A model generated the notes under the pieces. That model worked only from the letters and a program-made list of their open reading frames with translations, searched no databases and was not told the DNA's origin. The translations under genes and the position numbers were made by a program. A stretch of 64,000 nt of DNA. It comes from Ranitomeya imitator. Lineage: Eukaryota. This document shows, one piece after another, positions 47,805 to 60,284 of the stretch (the stretch's first letter is position 1; the number at the start of each line of letters is the position of its first letter). The DNA lies in NCBI RefSeq assembly GCF_032444005.1, contig NC_091285.1, positions 20,026,001 to 20,090,000 of the forward strand. Direction: 5' to 3'.

Positions 47805-49498
47805 CAGGGGTGGGCAATTAATTTTCCCGAGGGCCCATACGAGAAACCGTGACTGTTGTGTAGGCCAAACCAATAGGTTGAAATTACTTCTGCTCACTAT
47901 TAATATTAACATATTAATAATTATTATATTAATAATTATATTAATTGTATCACTTAATATTGTGCAGAATTAAGTTACAGCCCTTTCTATATATCGTATG
48001 AGCCCAACCAGACAGCCCCTTATATACCGTTTAAGCCCCCACACAGCCTCCCTATATACAGCATGAGCCCCACACAGCCTCCCTATATACAGCATGAGCC
48101 CCACACAGCCTCCCCATATACAGCATGAGCCTCACACAGCCTCCCTATATACAGCATAAGCCCCACACAGCCTCCTATCTACAGCATGAGCCCCACACAG
48201 CCTCCCCATATATGGCATGAGCCCCACACAACCTCCTATCTACAGCATAAGCCCCACACAGCCTCCTATCTACAGCATAAGCCCCACACAGCCTCCTATC
48301 TACAGCATAAGCCCCACACAGCCTCCTATCTACAGCATTAGCCCCACACAGCCTCCTCATATACAGCATGAGCCCCACACAGCCTTCTATCTACAGCATG
48401 AGCCCCACACAGCCTCCTATCTACAGCATAAGCCCCACACAGCCTCCTATCTACAGCATAAGCCCCACACAGCCTCCTATCTACAGCATTAGCCCCACAC
48501 AGCCTCCCCATATACAGCATGAGCCCCACACAGCCTTCTATCTACAGCATGAGCCCCACACAGCCTCCTATCTACAGCATGAGCCCCACACAGCCTCCCC
48601 ATATATAGCATGAGCCCCGCACAGCCTCCTATCTACAGCATAAGCCCCACACAGCCTCCTATCTACAGCATGAGCCCCACACAGCCTTCCCATACAGCCT
48701 GAGCCCCACACAGCCTCCTATCTAAAGCATGAGCCCCACACAGCCTCCCCATATACAGCATGAGCACCACACAGCCTCCTATCTACAGCATGAGCCCCAC
48801 ACAGCCTCCTATGTACAGGATGAGCCCCACACAACCTCTCCATATACAACATGAGCCCCTAACAGCCTCCCCATATCCAGCATGAGATCCACACAGTCTA
48901 CCCATGTCCATCATGAGAGCCCCATAGCCTCCCCATATCCAGCATGAAAGCACCATAGCTTCCCCTTATCCAGCATGAGAGCCCCATAGCTTTTCCACGT
49001 GCAGCAAGAGACTCCCATAACCTCCCCATGTCCAGCAAGAGACCCCCAAAGCCTCCCCATGTTTCGCATGAGAGCCCCACAACCTCATGTCCAGCATGAG
49101 AGTCCCACAGCCTCCCCATATCCAGCATGAGAGCCCCATAGCTTCCCAATGTCCAGCATGAAAGACCCACAGTCTCCCCATGTCCAGCATGAGAGCCCCA
49201 TAGCATCCACATGTCCAGAAAGAGACTCCCATAGCTTTCCCATGTCTAGAAAGAGCCCCCCATAGCCTCCTCATTTGCAGCAAGAGACCCACATAACCTC
49301 CCCATATCCAGCAAGAGAGCACCATAGCCTCCCCATGTCCAGAATGAGAACCCTCCTCCACCAATACAGTCAGTGTGGATGAGACAGCAGAGACAGGGTG
49401 CGGATGGGCCACTAATTTTAGCCCTTTGGCTGTCTTCTCAATCCTGGCAGGACTGGAAAAGCCAGAGGACCAGATATGGCCGCACTTTCCCCGATCTG
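47805..49498. mobile_element. Non-autonomous hAT element carrying an internal minisatellite
   Basis: Perfect 8-bp target duplication CTGTAGGG at 47797-47804 and 49499-49506; imperfect TIRs CAGGGGTGGGCAA / reverse complement CAGATCGGGGAAA. Confidence 0.8.
48000..49330. repeat. 30/31-bp minisatellite (CAGCATGAGCCCCACACAGCCTCCTATCTA / ..CCTCCCCATATA), degenerating to the right
   Basis: Directly visible. Confidence 0.92.
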
Positions 49499-50737
49499 CT
49501 GTAGGGACATCATACTGTGTTGGGGGCACTGTCGGGACACTGTGGGGCGAGGGATACTGTGAGGGTAAATTGTGGGTAGGAATTCAATTTTTTACTTATC
49601 ATGCTGTGCGTGGAGAGTTTTTTTTTCAGGAACTGCTTCAAATACTCTCCAACTGCTTCACATGCTCTTTTTCTTCCATCAGGTAGTTTTTTCAGGAAAA
49701 AAAGCTTTAAAAAAATTCTCCTTATATGAACAGTTAATTGGTTTTCTGTTGTAGCGAATAGGGAGAGTTTTTCAACTGATTTTTCAATGGGTTTTGAAGA
49801 TTTTGGAGAGGATTTCCCCCAAAAAGAATTCCTCAAAAAATTTTAATGTGAACATAGCTTTAAGTAACATTCAGACATCAGTGAAAAACAGTTTTGAGTT
49901 TGGACCGTGGATGCACAGACTAGCTGCATGTCTCCCGACCTGAAATTAATACTCTCATATACATATATGAGGCTATCAAGATGGAGTCAGGAGACCAGCG
50001 ACTACTCCATGCATTGTGGTCCAGACAAAGTTATCCAGTTGACCACCCTGGTTTGGGTTATCCAGCAGCAAATCCGAGGGTATTAATAGTTAAAACAAAG
50101 ATTTATTCAGTACATTTAAAATTCAAAAACTAAAAAATAAAAACTATTCCCAAGAATATACCTAACCTTACGTGTTTTGAACGGTCATGTTCTTAGCCAT
50201 AGTACGATATGATCCCTTAACTTAGAAGGCTCCAATAATATTGGATGAATTCATTTTAATCACAGCGACACCAAACATGCTTTTTTTAATTCCTTTTTTT
50301 GGATTAGTCAGAATTTTTATAGACTTTTTTTATATTATGCAAACTTTTTTTTGATTGTTTACTTTTTAGTTCTCTCAAGGGAACTTAATTCTGCGATAGC
50401 CTGTTCTATATAGTGTAATCCTAAAAGAACGCAGGATATAGAGAAAAATCATGTTCTCTTATGAAGCATGATTTGGAAAGGGATACTATGAGGGTAAATT
50501 CTCTTGAAGCCAGAACAGTGAAACAGGTGGTCGGTTGGATGACAGATAATGCTCCCAGTATGTTTCCCAGCACTATCTTGTCATGACATTAATTGAGTAC
50601 ATTAGTGCCTATGAAACACTATGCAGATTCAGATATTACTACGGTCACAAAAATACAATAAAACCATATACTTGGTACAAACACTATTTATTTAGAGAGG
50701 AAGAGGCATATGAGATCCCCTTTCACAACTTTACATA

Positions 50738-50876
50738 CAGTACAGAGCAAAAGTTTGGACACACCTCATTTAAAGATTTTTCTGTATTTTCATGACTATG
50801 AAAATTGTACATTCACACTGAAGGCATCAAAACTATGAAGTAACACATGTGGAAATATATACTTAACAAAAAAGTG
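50738..50876 (+). mobile_element. Tc1 left-TIR fragment, same family as 43289
   Basis: CAGTACAGAGCAAAAGTTTGGACACAC..ATTTAAAGATTTTTCTGTATTTTCATGACTATG. Confidence 0.85.
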
Positions 50877-51149
50877 TTTTATTTTTTTATCCTTTTATTC
50901 AATATGGCCTATCGGCCTACAACGGGAGTTAGATGTGTCGAGGTGCAGTTCTGTCAAAGCAATTTCACTGCTTACAGTTTTCCAGAGAGTTTCTTATCAT
51001 TCCCATAAAAACTCTTCCATCCGGTAGGGGAAAGTGATCTTTTCCACTTCCAGGGCTGGTCTGGGTACCTCATCTGCATTGACTCGTCTGTGGCCTTAGT
51101 TGGACCAACGAGGTTCACCATGGAACACTCATATATTCTGATTAACTAA

Positions 51150-52345
51150 CTTTCCGCCCTACTCTCAAGATCACATCTCACTACCTGTGCACTTGACCGA
51201 TCCCATTCCACTTCTTCCCAAACCTTACCACAGTCTTCATCCCAACTCTAACCCATCTCTTCAACCTATCAATAACAACTGGTGTTTTCCCCTCATGCTT
51301 CAAACATGCCTGAATCACACCTATCCTCAAAAGTCCTCCCTTGACCGATCCTCTGTATCTAGCTATCACCCAATATCCCCTATGCCTCAAAACTACTGGA
51401 ACAACACATCCATCTTGAACTGTCCTCCCACCACTCCTCCTGCTCCCTCTTCGACCGCTTACAATCTGGCTTCCGGCCGTATCACTCTACTGAAACTGCC
51501 CTAACTAAAGTCACCAATTACCTGCTGACTGCCAATGCCAAGCGACACTACTCTGTCCTCCTTCTCCTAGACCTGTCCTCTGCCTTTGACACAGTGGACC
51601 ACTCCCTATTACTACAGACCCTTTCATCTATTGGCATCACAGACTTGGCCCTATCTTGGATCGCATCATACCTAAAAGACTGGACATTCAGCGTCTCCCA
51701 CTCACACACCACTTCCTCACCTCGCCCCTATTTGTCTGAGTCCCGCAAGGTTCAGTCCTAGGACCCCTGCTCTTCTCCATTTACACCTTCAGACTGGGAC
51801 AGCTCATAGAATCTCATGGCTTGCAGTATCACCATTATGCTGATGACACACAGATCTACCTCTCTGGACCAGATATCACTGCCTACTAACCAGAATTCCA
51901 CAATGTCTGTCCGCTATTTCATCCTTCTTCTCTGCTAGATTTCTAAAACTTAACATGGACAAAACAGAATTCATCATCTTTCCCCCATCTCACTCGACTG
52001 TCCCAACAAACCAATCCATTAAAGTAAATGGCTACTCACTCTCTCCAGTCTCTCCAGTACCACAAGCTCGCTGCCTCGGTGTAATCCTTGACTCTGATCT
52101 CTCCTTCAAACCACATATCCAAGCCCTTTCCACCTCCTGCCGACTTCAACTCAAAAACATCTCCTGGATCCGAACATTCCTCAACCTAGAATCTGCAAAA
52201 TCTATTGCATGTCCTCATCATCTCCCATTTTGACTATTGCAAACTCCTGCTCTATGGCCTCCCCTCCAATGTATCTTAAACTCTGCTGCCCAACTAGTCC
52301 ACCTATCCCCCCGCTATTCCCCAGCCTCTTCTCTCTGTCAATCCC
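51150..52345 (+). mobile_element. L2-clade LINE RT fragment (decayed)
   Basis: Homologous to 39660-42200: [53 protein letters not shown]; multiple frameshifts. Confidence 0.88.
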
Positions 52346-54379
52346 TTCACTGTATTAAGATACAGATGCATATGAGCTGGTCTAACTACTGTAACCCCTT
52401 TAAGCATCCAGATGGGGTGCTTCCCACATCCGGGGGGGAAGCGGAGCTACTTTGGCCCTGATGGGGAACCCCGACTGCTTGCCTTGATACCTCTCATGTT
52501 GTTCCTTGGCCCTCGCAGTTTCGTGTACGCATTCCTCGTCATCGGCTACTGTAACTGGACTGGTCACTTTTGGCTGCATACTACCCTTCCAGCACCACAT
52601 CTTCAGGAAGGATATCAATTCTCCCACATACAGGTTATGGAGACAGGGAGGTAGATACTTCTTCGTTACTTCACTTCTTCACTACATTTCAGCTGATATA
52701 TACCTCGTCTCCGGTCCCAAACTCCTAGAGGATGCTGAACCCATGGGCCACATCAAACCGTGTTATGCGGCCCATAGAACACTGGTCCTCAATCTCAAAA
52801 TTTTGTTGCCCCGACACCTACCCCAACCCAGAATTTAGCCCCTCTTTTGGTCTTTCAACACATTCTGCTTCCAACACTTCATCCTAACTTCAAAGATGTG
52901 CATGTCTTTCCCAGGCAGTAGCAGGAACCGAGACATTTTGTACAGATCTATGTCTTCCTCCAACGGATGCTGCTTTGGAGAGTTCATCTTACTTATCACT
53001 TCACTATCCCCCTTTTCTTGTGTTCCCTTTTCCATGTGGTTCTAGGTCATGGGCATCAGAGGGTTGTGGGGCTGTGGTGGCAGCTAGAGCAGTGGTAGCT
53101 GGAGTGGCAGTAGTGTAGCAGTGATGGTCTTCGGTGCTCCTCTGCCCTCAGTCATCTAGCTCGAGCACCACGCCCGAACCTCATGCAGCAGTAGGCCTAC
53201 CTCTGGATGGGAAATGGTCGACCACTGCAGAGGAAGTTGATTGTGTGTTGCGCACTTCTTGTCATCCTCTTCGGACTTCATTCCCGCCACAGCTCCAGGA
53301 GTCATTATGTGTCGGAGCTCTTCCACCTCATCTGCACTAGGTGGATTACTGCAGTTCCTCGTTGTTGCTGCTTAATGCATCAGATGCCATCTCTGTGCTA
53401 GAACGTACATGCTTTTCCCTTCTCACGCAGTAGTATAATGGCGCAGCTTTATTCAGTCCCTTACATTTCTTCCCTAGGCTCCACCCTTCCATCACACCCT
53501 CTTCTGCTACGCTCCTCCCACCTCTGGCCTTCGTGTCGATTCAGGGCAATTCCTCATCAGGGCTGGTCTTCCAGTGGACTGGGTATTCTTTCGTGCTCCC
53601 TGGTGTCTTCCACTCCTACTAAAAGGCCATAATTTACCATCTTAAGACACACGTATCCGGGCACCATCTTAGGACACATAGCTTGCTTGCACCACATGTC
53701 TTCTCCCAAAAAAATGTTCCTGCAGGGAAACCACATACTGCCGACTACATTAATTGAGGTGCAATGGCCGAGACTGGCTGATATTTAGTTTTGCACCCCA
53801 AAGCACCCTATCTGGGGTCCCTGGATGTGTACACATATTGCTGATACATCTCATAACACCTTCGGATTATGTTCTGCCACATTTTGTAAAATACTAAGAC
53901 TAACTCCATGATGAAGGAAATTGGCATGGTTAAGAAAATAAACTCTTGTTTACTTGGTCTTTAACATATAAAAATAGCAAGAAAATTGCTTAACATTTTC
54001 ATCTGTATTGCATGACAGAGGTACACACTTAGCGGTTGCGGACAGCGGCACGTTACTTGTGTATAACGTTGCAAACAAACACCAGACTATGCTGAGGACC
54101 TCCATCTTCCCAATAGAGGGCCACACGGATTGTTGTGTTTTGCTGTGACCAATGCACCTCCTAGAGTATACTCTGTGGAATACGTAAACAAGATTTTCCA
54201 GCTGCCGAACCTTACGGATGTTCCAAGCTTGGCTGATCCCATATTTCTTCACTAAAACCTCCAGATCTGACAAACACTAGAAACTTGCTTTAAAATTCTC
54301 TTGCATTAGGTGCCACTTGTCTGTAGTATGTAGGACTGCTGCCATTGTTACTTGAATGCTGAAACGTACTACCATGTAA

Positions 54380-54677
54380 GGCTACGTTCACATTTGCGTT
54401 GCGTCGGGTGCAGGTTCGGCGACGCATGCGTCATGCGCCCCTATATTTAACATGGGGGCGCATGGACATGCGTTTTCTTGCGTTTTGTGATGCATGCGTC
54501 ATTTTTGGCGCAAGTGTCAGGGTGCAGAGAACGCAGCAAGTTGCATTTTTTTGCATCCAAAATCAAGCCAAAAATGGACGCATGCGTCACAAAACAATGC
54601 GTTTTTGCATGCGTTTTGCATGCGTTGTGCATTGCGTTGCCGACGCAACGCCCAACAATGCAAATGTGAACGTAGCC
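54380..54677. mobile_element. PIF/Harbinger-type MITE (298 bp)
   Basis: TAA|GGCTACGTTCACATTTGC ... GCAAATGTGAACGTAGCC|TAA. Confidence 0.9.
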
Positions 54678-55006
54678 TAAGTCTGCTCTTCGCATACACA
54701 AATATGGCTAGAACCGACTAAGGGTGTCATTTTTTCACTGTAGCCGAACTTAAACTGCTATAAAACAGGAACTAACTCCAAGTGCCCACTTACTCCTCCC
54801 CAAATTATGGGCTATCCATACAGTTAACCCTGTCCACCCTTGCACACAAGAAACTTGCAGCCTACATAAGGATAAAACACACAAAACCACAGTTCACATT
54901 AACTATACAGTCAGGAGTTTTCAAGGAGCACCACCTATGTCCCTCCTACCACCACTGAATGGCAATTTTCTGTCTATGCACAGTGTAGGTATAAATCTGC
55001 CAGTTA

Positions 55007-56065
55007 GGCTGGTTTCACATTTGCGTTTTTTTTTTTTTGCGTTTTTGCGCAAAAAAAGCATGCGTTTTTTTCCCTATACTTAACATTAAAAACGCATGCG
55101 TTTTTTGCATGCGTTTTGACGATGCATGCGTTTTTTCTCTGCATGCGTTGTGTTGCAGAAATGCAACATGTAGTATTTTAGCGGCTTTTTTTGCCGCAAA
55201 AAAAACGCATGCTTTTTTTTACAGCAAAAAAACGTATTGATGTCTATGTAAATGCATTCGTTTTAAAGCACATGTGTTTGCATGCGTTTTTAAATGCATG
55301 CGTTTTTATAGAAAAACACAAGAATACACACTGATAAGCCACCCCCCAACCCTAACCCTAAGGGATCCTAACCCTTAGGGATCCTAACCCTAAGGGGTTA
55401 GGGTTAGGATCCCTAGGGTTAGGGTTAGGATCCCTAGGGTTAGGGTTAGAGTTTGTGTTAGGGTTAGAGTTTGTGTTAGAGTTTGTGTTAGAGTTTGTGT
55501 TAGGGTTAGAGTTTGTGTTAGAGTTTGTGTTAGAGTTTGTGTTAGAGTTTGTGTTAGGGTTAGAGTTTGGGTTAAGGTTAGAGTTTGTGTTAGAGTTTGT
55601 GTTAGGGTTAGGGTTAGAGTTTGTGTTAGGGTTAGAGTTTGTGTTAGGGTTAGAGTTTGTGTTAGGGTTAGAGTTTGTGTTAGAGTTTGTGTTAGAGTTT
55701 GTGTTAGAGTTTGTGTTAGGGTTAGGGTTAGAGTTTGGGTTAGAGTTTGTGTTTTAGGGTTAGGGTTAGGATCCCTAGGGTTACTAGGGATCCTAACCCT
55801 AACCCTAGGTATTTCTGTTTCTAGTGGGTTTTCTAATTGATTTTGATGATTGGCAGCTGTCACACACTTCTCATCATGCGTTTCAAAAACGCAAACGCAG
55901 GAAAAAACACTTGTAAACGCGTCAAAACGCCGCGTTTGTGTTAAAACATGCAAAAACGCATGCGCCTAAAAAAACGCAGCGTTTAAACGCGTTTAAACGC
56001 GTTTTTTCACCAAATGCGTTTGCGTTTAAAGCGCTGCGTTTTTAAACGCAAATGTGAAACCAGCC
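55007..56065. mobile_element. PIF/Harbinger-type MITE (1059 bp) containing telomere-type repeats
   Basis: TTA|GGCTGGTTTCACATTTGCGTTT ... AAACGCAAATGTGAAACCAGCC|TTA. Confidence 0.9.
55348..55807. repeat. Interstitial telomere-like array: TTAGGG/CCCTAA hexamers mixed with TTAGAGTTTGTG 12-mers
   Basis: Directly visible; orientation switches around GGATCC-centred palindromes. Confidence 0.92.
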
Positions 56066-56434
56066 TTAGTGTTGTGTGGGGATAAATAGATAGAGGTCAC
56101 CAGTGAGAAGACTAGCAAAGTTGCAGCAGATAACACAGTAATTTTATCAAAACTACAGCAAGTAAGTATTGGAATCATGGTTCTCATCTATACTTTATGC
56201 TGTTCTTATACGTGGAAGTAAAAACCTGGTGGAATATACACTTAAAATTTCACACAAACAATGTCTAATTTTTTTAATTGTCCATTTTCAACACCCTTGG
56301 CCTGATGTGTTTAGGCACCTTAAGATCCAGTGTCGACATCTGCTTGTTCCTTATATAGTGTAACTACAACTTTACTATTTATACAATGTCATGCACATTC
56401 AGTTTCATTTCTTTCTTTTTACAGTAGATCAGCC

Positions 56435-58033
56435 ATGGCGTCTGCTGATTTGAGAGACGAGCTGGACTGCTCCATCTGTCTGAGCACTTATACAGATCCT
56501 GTAATGCTGAGATGTGGATACAATTTCTGCCGGGTTTGTATTGATCAGGCGCTGGATACACAGGACAAGTCTAGAGTTTATTCCTGTCCTGAATGTAGAG
56601 AAATCTTTTATCAGCGGCCGGCACTGATGAGGAACTTAGCTCTGCGTAAAATAATGGAGAATTTCCTGTTTACTCCACCAAAACAGCTAAAAAACAGGAT
56701 TTTCTGCACTCACTGTGTGGACTCTCCTGTTCGTGCTGTTAAATCCTGTCTACACTGTGAAGTTTCTCTGTGTAATAAACACCTGAGAGCTCACAGTAAA
56801 TCACCAGAACACGTCATGTCTGATCCCAGTACTTCTCTAGAGAAAAGGAAATGTTCTGTCCATAAGAAGATCCTGGAGTATTACTGTTTCGAGGACGCTG
56901 CTTGTATCTGTGTGTATTGTTCGGCAGGAGAACATCGGGGACACGAGGTGGAGATACTTGGTGAAGCCTTAGAGAAGAAGAAGAAGAAACTGAAAAATCT
57001 TATGCAAAAACTGACCACAAAGAGAGAAGAGACTGAGGAAAGAGTCCAGAGTCTGGAGGAACGCAAGAGAAAAGCTCAAGAAAAAGCAGCTGGAGAAGCT
57101 GAGAGAGTCACTGCCCTGTGTACAGACATCAGGAGACGACTGGATGAACTAGAGAAGAGGTTTCTGAGTGAGATCTCCAGGCAGGAGAAGGAAGAGTCAC
57201 TGCCACTGTCTGCTCTGATCCATCAGCTGGAAATAAAGAAGGACGAGCTGTCCAGGAAGATGAGACACATTGAGGAGTTGTGTAACATGACGGATCCACT
57301 GACTGTCTTACAGGAACCAGACACCGGTGACTTGTGTGATCCTGAGGAGGAGGGAGGTGATGAGGACACAGGGGGACATGATAAACAGCTCCATGATGGA
57401 GATGACCTGGATGTGGCTGTGATCTCACACACATTATACACATTATGTGACGTAGTAACAGGTATAAGGAGCGGGATCTATGTGGAGGGTCCTGCAGACA
57501 TATTACTGGATGTAAACACAGCTGCTAATTATATCCTTATATCAGATGACCTGAAAACTGCAATATGGTCAGAAAAAAAGCAGAATCGTCCAGAAACAGA
57601 AGGGAGATTCCAGGATTATCAGGTGATGAGTAGGAGGGGATTTACCTCAGGGCGACATCACTGGGATGTTGAGAGCAAACGATCGGGGAGGTGGATGGTG
57701 GGGATGTGTTATCCCAGTATAGATAGGAAGGGAGATGAATCATACATTGGCGATAATAACAAGTCCTGGTGTTTGAGGAGATGTAACAATCAGTATTCAG
57801 TGATATATGACAGGACGGAGATCCGGTTACCTGACAATATCTCCAGTGATAGAGTCAGGATAAGTCTGGATTATGAGGCCGGGCAGTTGTCCTTTTATGA
57901 GCTGTGTGACCCCATCAGACACTTACACACCTTCACTGCTACCTTCTCCGAGCCCATTCATGCTGCAGTATGTGTAGGTGATCCATTATCTGGGTTTCTT
58001 CAAGTAGGTAGCTGGTTAAAAATCTGCAGCTAA
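56435..58033 (+). CDS. Tripartite-motif protein (RING, two B-boxes, coiled coil, PRY-SPRY), TRIM25/TRIM39-like, single coding exon, 532 aa
   Basis: GCCATGG Kozak ATG at 56435 after acceptor CTTTCTTTTTACAG (56423-24); CSIC..CGYNFCRVC..CPEC; CTHC..CLHCEVSLCNKHLRAH; CSVH..YYCFED..CVYC..EH; LLDVNTAANYI, HHWDVE, W.VGMCY, VRISLDYEAGQLSFY. Confidence 0.95.
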   Translation: MASADLRDELDCSICLSTYTDPVMLRCGYNFCRVCIDQALDTQDKSRVYSCPECREIFYQRPALMRNLALRKIMENFLFTPPKQLKNRIFCTHCVDSPVRAVKSCLHCEVSLCNKHLRAHSKSPEHVMSDPSTSLEKRKCSVHKKILEYYCFEDAACICVYCSAGEHRGHEVEILGEALEKKKKKLKNLMQKLTTKREETEERVQSLEERKRKAQEKAAGEAERVTALCTDIRRRLDELEKRFLSEISRQEKEESLPLSALIHQLEIKKDELSRKMRHIEELCNMTDPLTVLQEPDTGDLCDPEEEGGDEDTGGHDKQLHDGDDLDVAVISHTLYTLCDVVTGIRSGIYVEGPADILLDVNTAANYILISDDLKTAIWSEKKQNRPETEGRFQDYQVMSRRGFTSGRHHWDVESKRSGRWMVGMCYPSIDRKGDESYIGDNNKSWCLRRCNNQYSVIYDRTEIRLPDNISSDRVRISLDYEAGQLSFYELCDPIRHLHTFTATFSEPIHAAVCVGDPLSGFLQVGSWLKICS

Positions 58034-58592
58034 AAACATCTCTTGTAAAAACAAGTTTCTCATGAGCTTTCCATAGTGTATGTTAAGCATTAGTGGGGCA
58101 TAAAAATGAAATACATAAGTACTTATTACCTCTTCATTATTCTCTTCTTCTGGCTTCTTCACTTCTCTTTTGGCTTCCAGTTGTCAGAAGGAGACAAGTA
58201 GGCAGATACACAAACAATTTACAAATGTCTAATTACAGACACCAGCACAGTGTAGAGAACATATTTTTCGATATTGTCATTTGGTCAATCGGTAGTCTGA
58301 GTGGTGTTTCCCAAACTCCAGTCCTATAGGCCCCAAACGTGTCATGTTCTTAGGCTTTGCTTAGTTTTGCACAGGTGATGGAAGTATTAAGGTATCAGGA
58401 ATTCTCTCACTATTGAAATCCTGAAAACATGGCATGTTGGGGGCCGTGAGGACTGGAGTTTGGGAAAAACTGCTATAGAGTAAAGAACCTAAAAAAAGAC
58501 AATACACAGCCTGGACTTCAAATGTTTTCAAGAGCTACTATTATCCTCAGTCACTTCATGTATCAGCTACTAAAAGCCTTTCTCAAGCAGAA

Positions 58593-58788
58593 GGCCGGGA
58601 TCACACATACGCGAGATATGGCCGAGTCTCGCAGGTGAAAACCCAGCTCTGGTGCCGGCACTCCGGAGCGGAGCGTGCAGCCGCACAGCAATACATGGAA
58701 CTGCATGCTCCGCTCCGGAGTACCGGTGCCAGAGCTGGGTTTTCACCTGCGAGACTCAGCCGTATCTCGCGTATGTGTGATCCCGGCC
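58593..58788. mobile_element. Near-perfect palindromic MITE (196 bp), Harbinger-like
   Basis: GGCCGGGATCACACATACGCGAGAT ... ATCTCGCGTATGTGTGATCCCGGCC; flanks GAA / TAA. Confidence 0.85.
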
Positions 58789-60284
58789 TAAGTAAAACAA
58801 AGGGCCCAATTAATACCAGCATTGTGAATGACAGTCCTAATGTTCATGACCAAATAGTGAGATGAGCCTAAATGACTAAGAGGCGCACTCCACTTAATGA
58901 ATTAGGCGCATCGTACAACTGGCGTGCACCTCAGGCAAAAATGTTATTCTAATCAGGAACTGGAGCACATTTCTGGCAAAATTGATGTCACTAAAGAGGC
59001 AGAACAATGTCTTAACTAGACAGTCAGGCTTAGCCTTTCTCCATCCCACCCATATTTCTCCCACTTTGGCAAAGCTTGCGTAAAAGTGCCAAAAGTTGTA
59101 AAATGTTTGTGCAACTTCAAATGCCAAATGTTGGACACTCACTTACTGAACTGATACTGACCTTAATTATTTTATTCTGTATAATAATTTTTTTTTAATT
59201 AAAACATGAATCTTCCCTTAAAATCAAGAAAAAAAAATAATTCAATAAAAATCTAGTATTATGTTCTCTTGTCAAGCTATTACAAATTGTCTGCTTAGTT
59301 ATATCTTTTTCTCAAAAAAACCTAATGACTGCTTATATTGACAAATTGACGTGTACAAACTAGAGTTGAGCAAATGCATTTGTAGGACCCTGGTCCAATG
59401 ACCATGTTGGTAGTACATGGACCAGGTCCCGACCCTGCGTATCTCCTCCTATCTGCTGAAATGTCTAATTCCTCTACTGAATAGTAAGTCTGGTGCAACA
59501 TACGGTAATTTTGGAGACTCATGACATTGCACTAGGCCTACTAATCAAGAAAGGCACAGGGATCCGATCAGGTAGGAATAGGTTTACAGGAATTGGGTCC
59601 AACAACCACAGACTACTGATGTGGCTCTTGGACCAGGGTCCAGCAAATTTTTTTGCTCAACCCTAGCACAAAGAATTCAGAATTACTACTTTGTCATGTG
59701 TCTACTTGAGTATATTGTGTTTCAGTAGAGGCCAGTGGCGTGAAGGGTATGAAGAGGTATGGCACAGTCACACATGGGCCCCGGAAGGCCCAATGGCCAC
59801 TCTGCCACATAATAAAACTCTAGTATTATAAATGTTGTGTTTAATGTGTGGGCTGTTACATATTTTGCTTAGGAGTCCAAGAGTGCCGAGGTTTAATGGT
59901 ACAACTTAGGTTACTTTCACACTTGCGTCGTGTGGCATCCGTTGCAATCCGTCGTTTTGGACAAAAAACGCATCCTGAAATGTGCCCGCAGGATGCGTTT
60001 TTACGCAAAAAATTGTTCATTTACAGTTTGTACAAAATGGGGGCGCACTGTTAGATAATTTGAGCAACTGAACTGTCTCACATAATATTTGCTACAATAA
60101 AGAGGAATTTCAGATGATATATATTAGCCGCTGTACACACTCTTTATTATACTGACAAATGAAAATAGTGAGGCTGGTTCTAAATGTTACAGTTAGAGGG
60201 TTAATCTTACAAAAACAAATATCAACTCTCTGCAGGATAGGTGTTAAACATATAATTGCTGGGGGTCCCAACGTTGTAGCGTAA

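Noticed and set aside
52400-53900. Possible decayed Tx1/L1-like ORF1 on the minus strand
   Set aside because: Only faint similarity (GVWDRRR..IYLPVSI) among many stops; cannot be supported without a search
55390-55953. (LTQT)n and (LEFV)n ORFs
   Set aside because: Translations of the telomere-like repeat inside a MITE
56330-56434. N-terminal 35 aa of the 567-aa TRIM ORF
   Set aside because: Upstream of a polypyrimidine/AG acceptor and a strong Kozak ATG at 56435 that gives the family-typical MASADLR start
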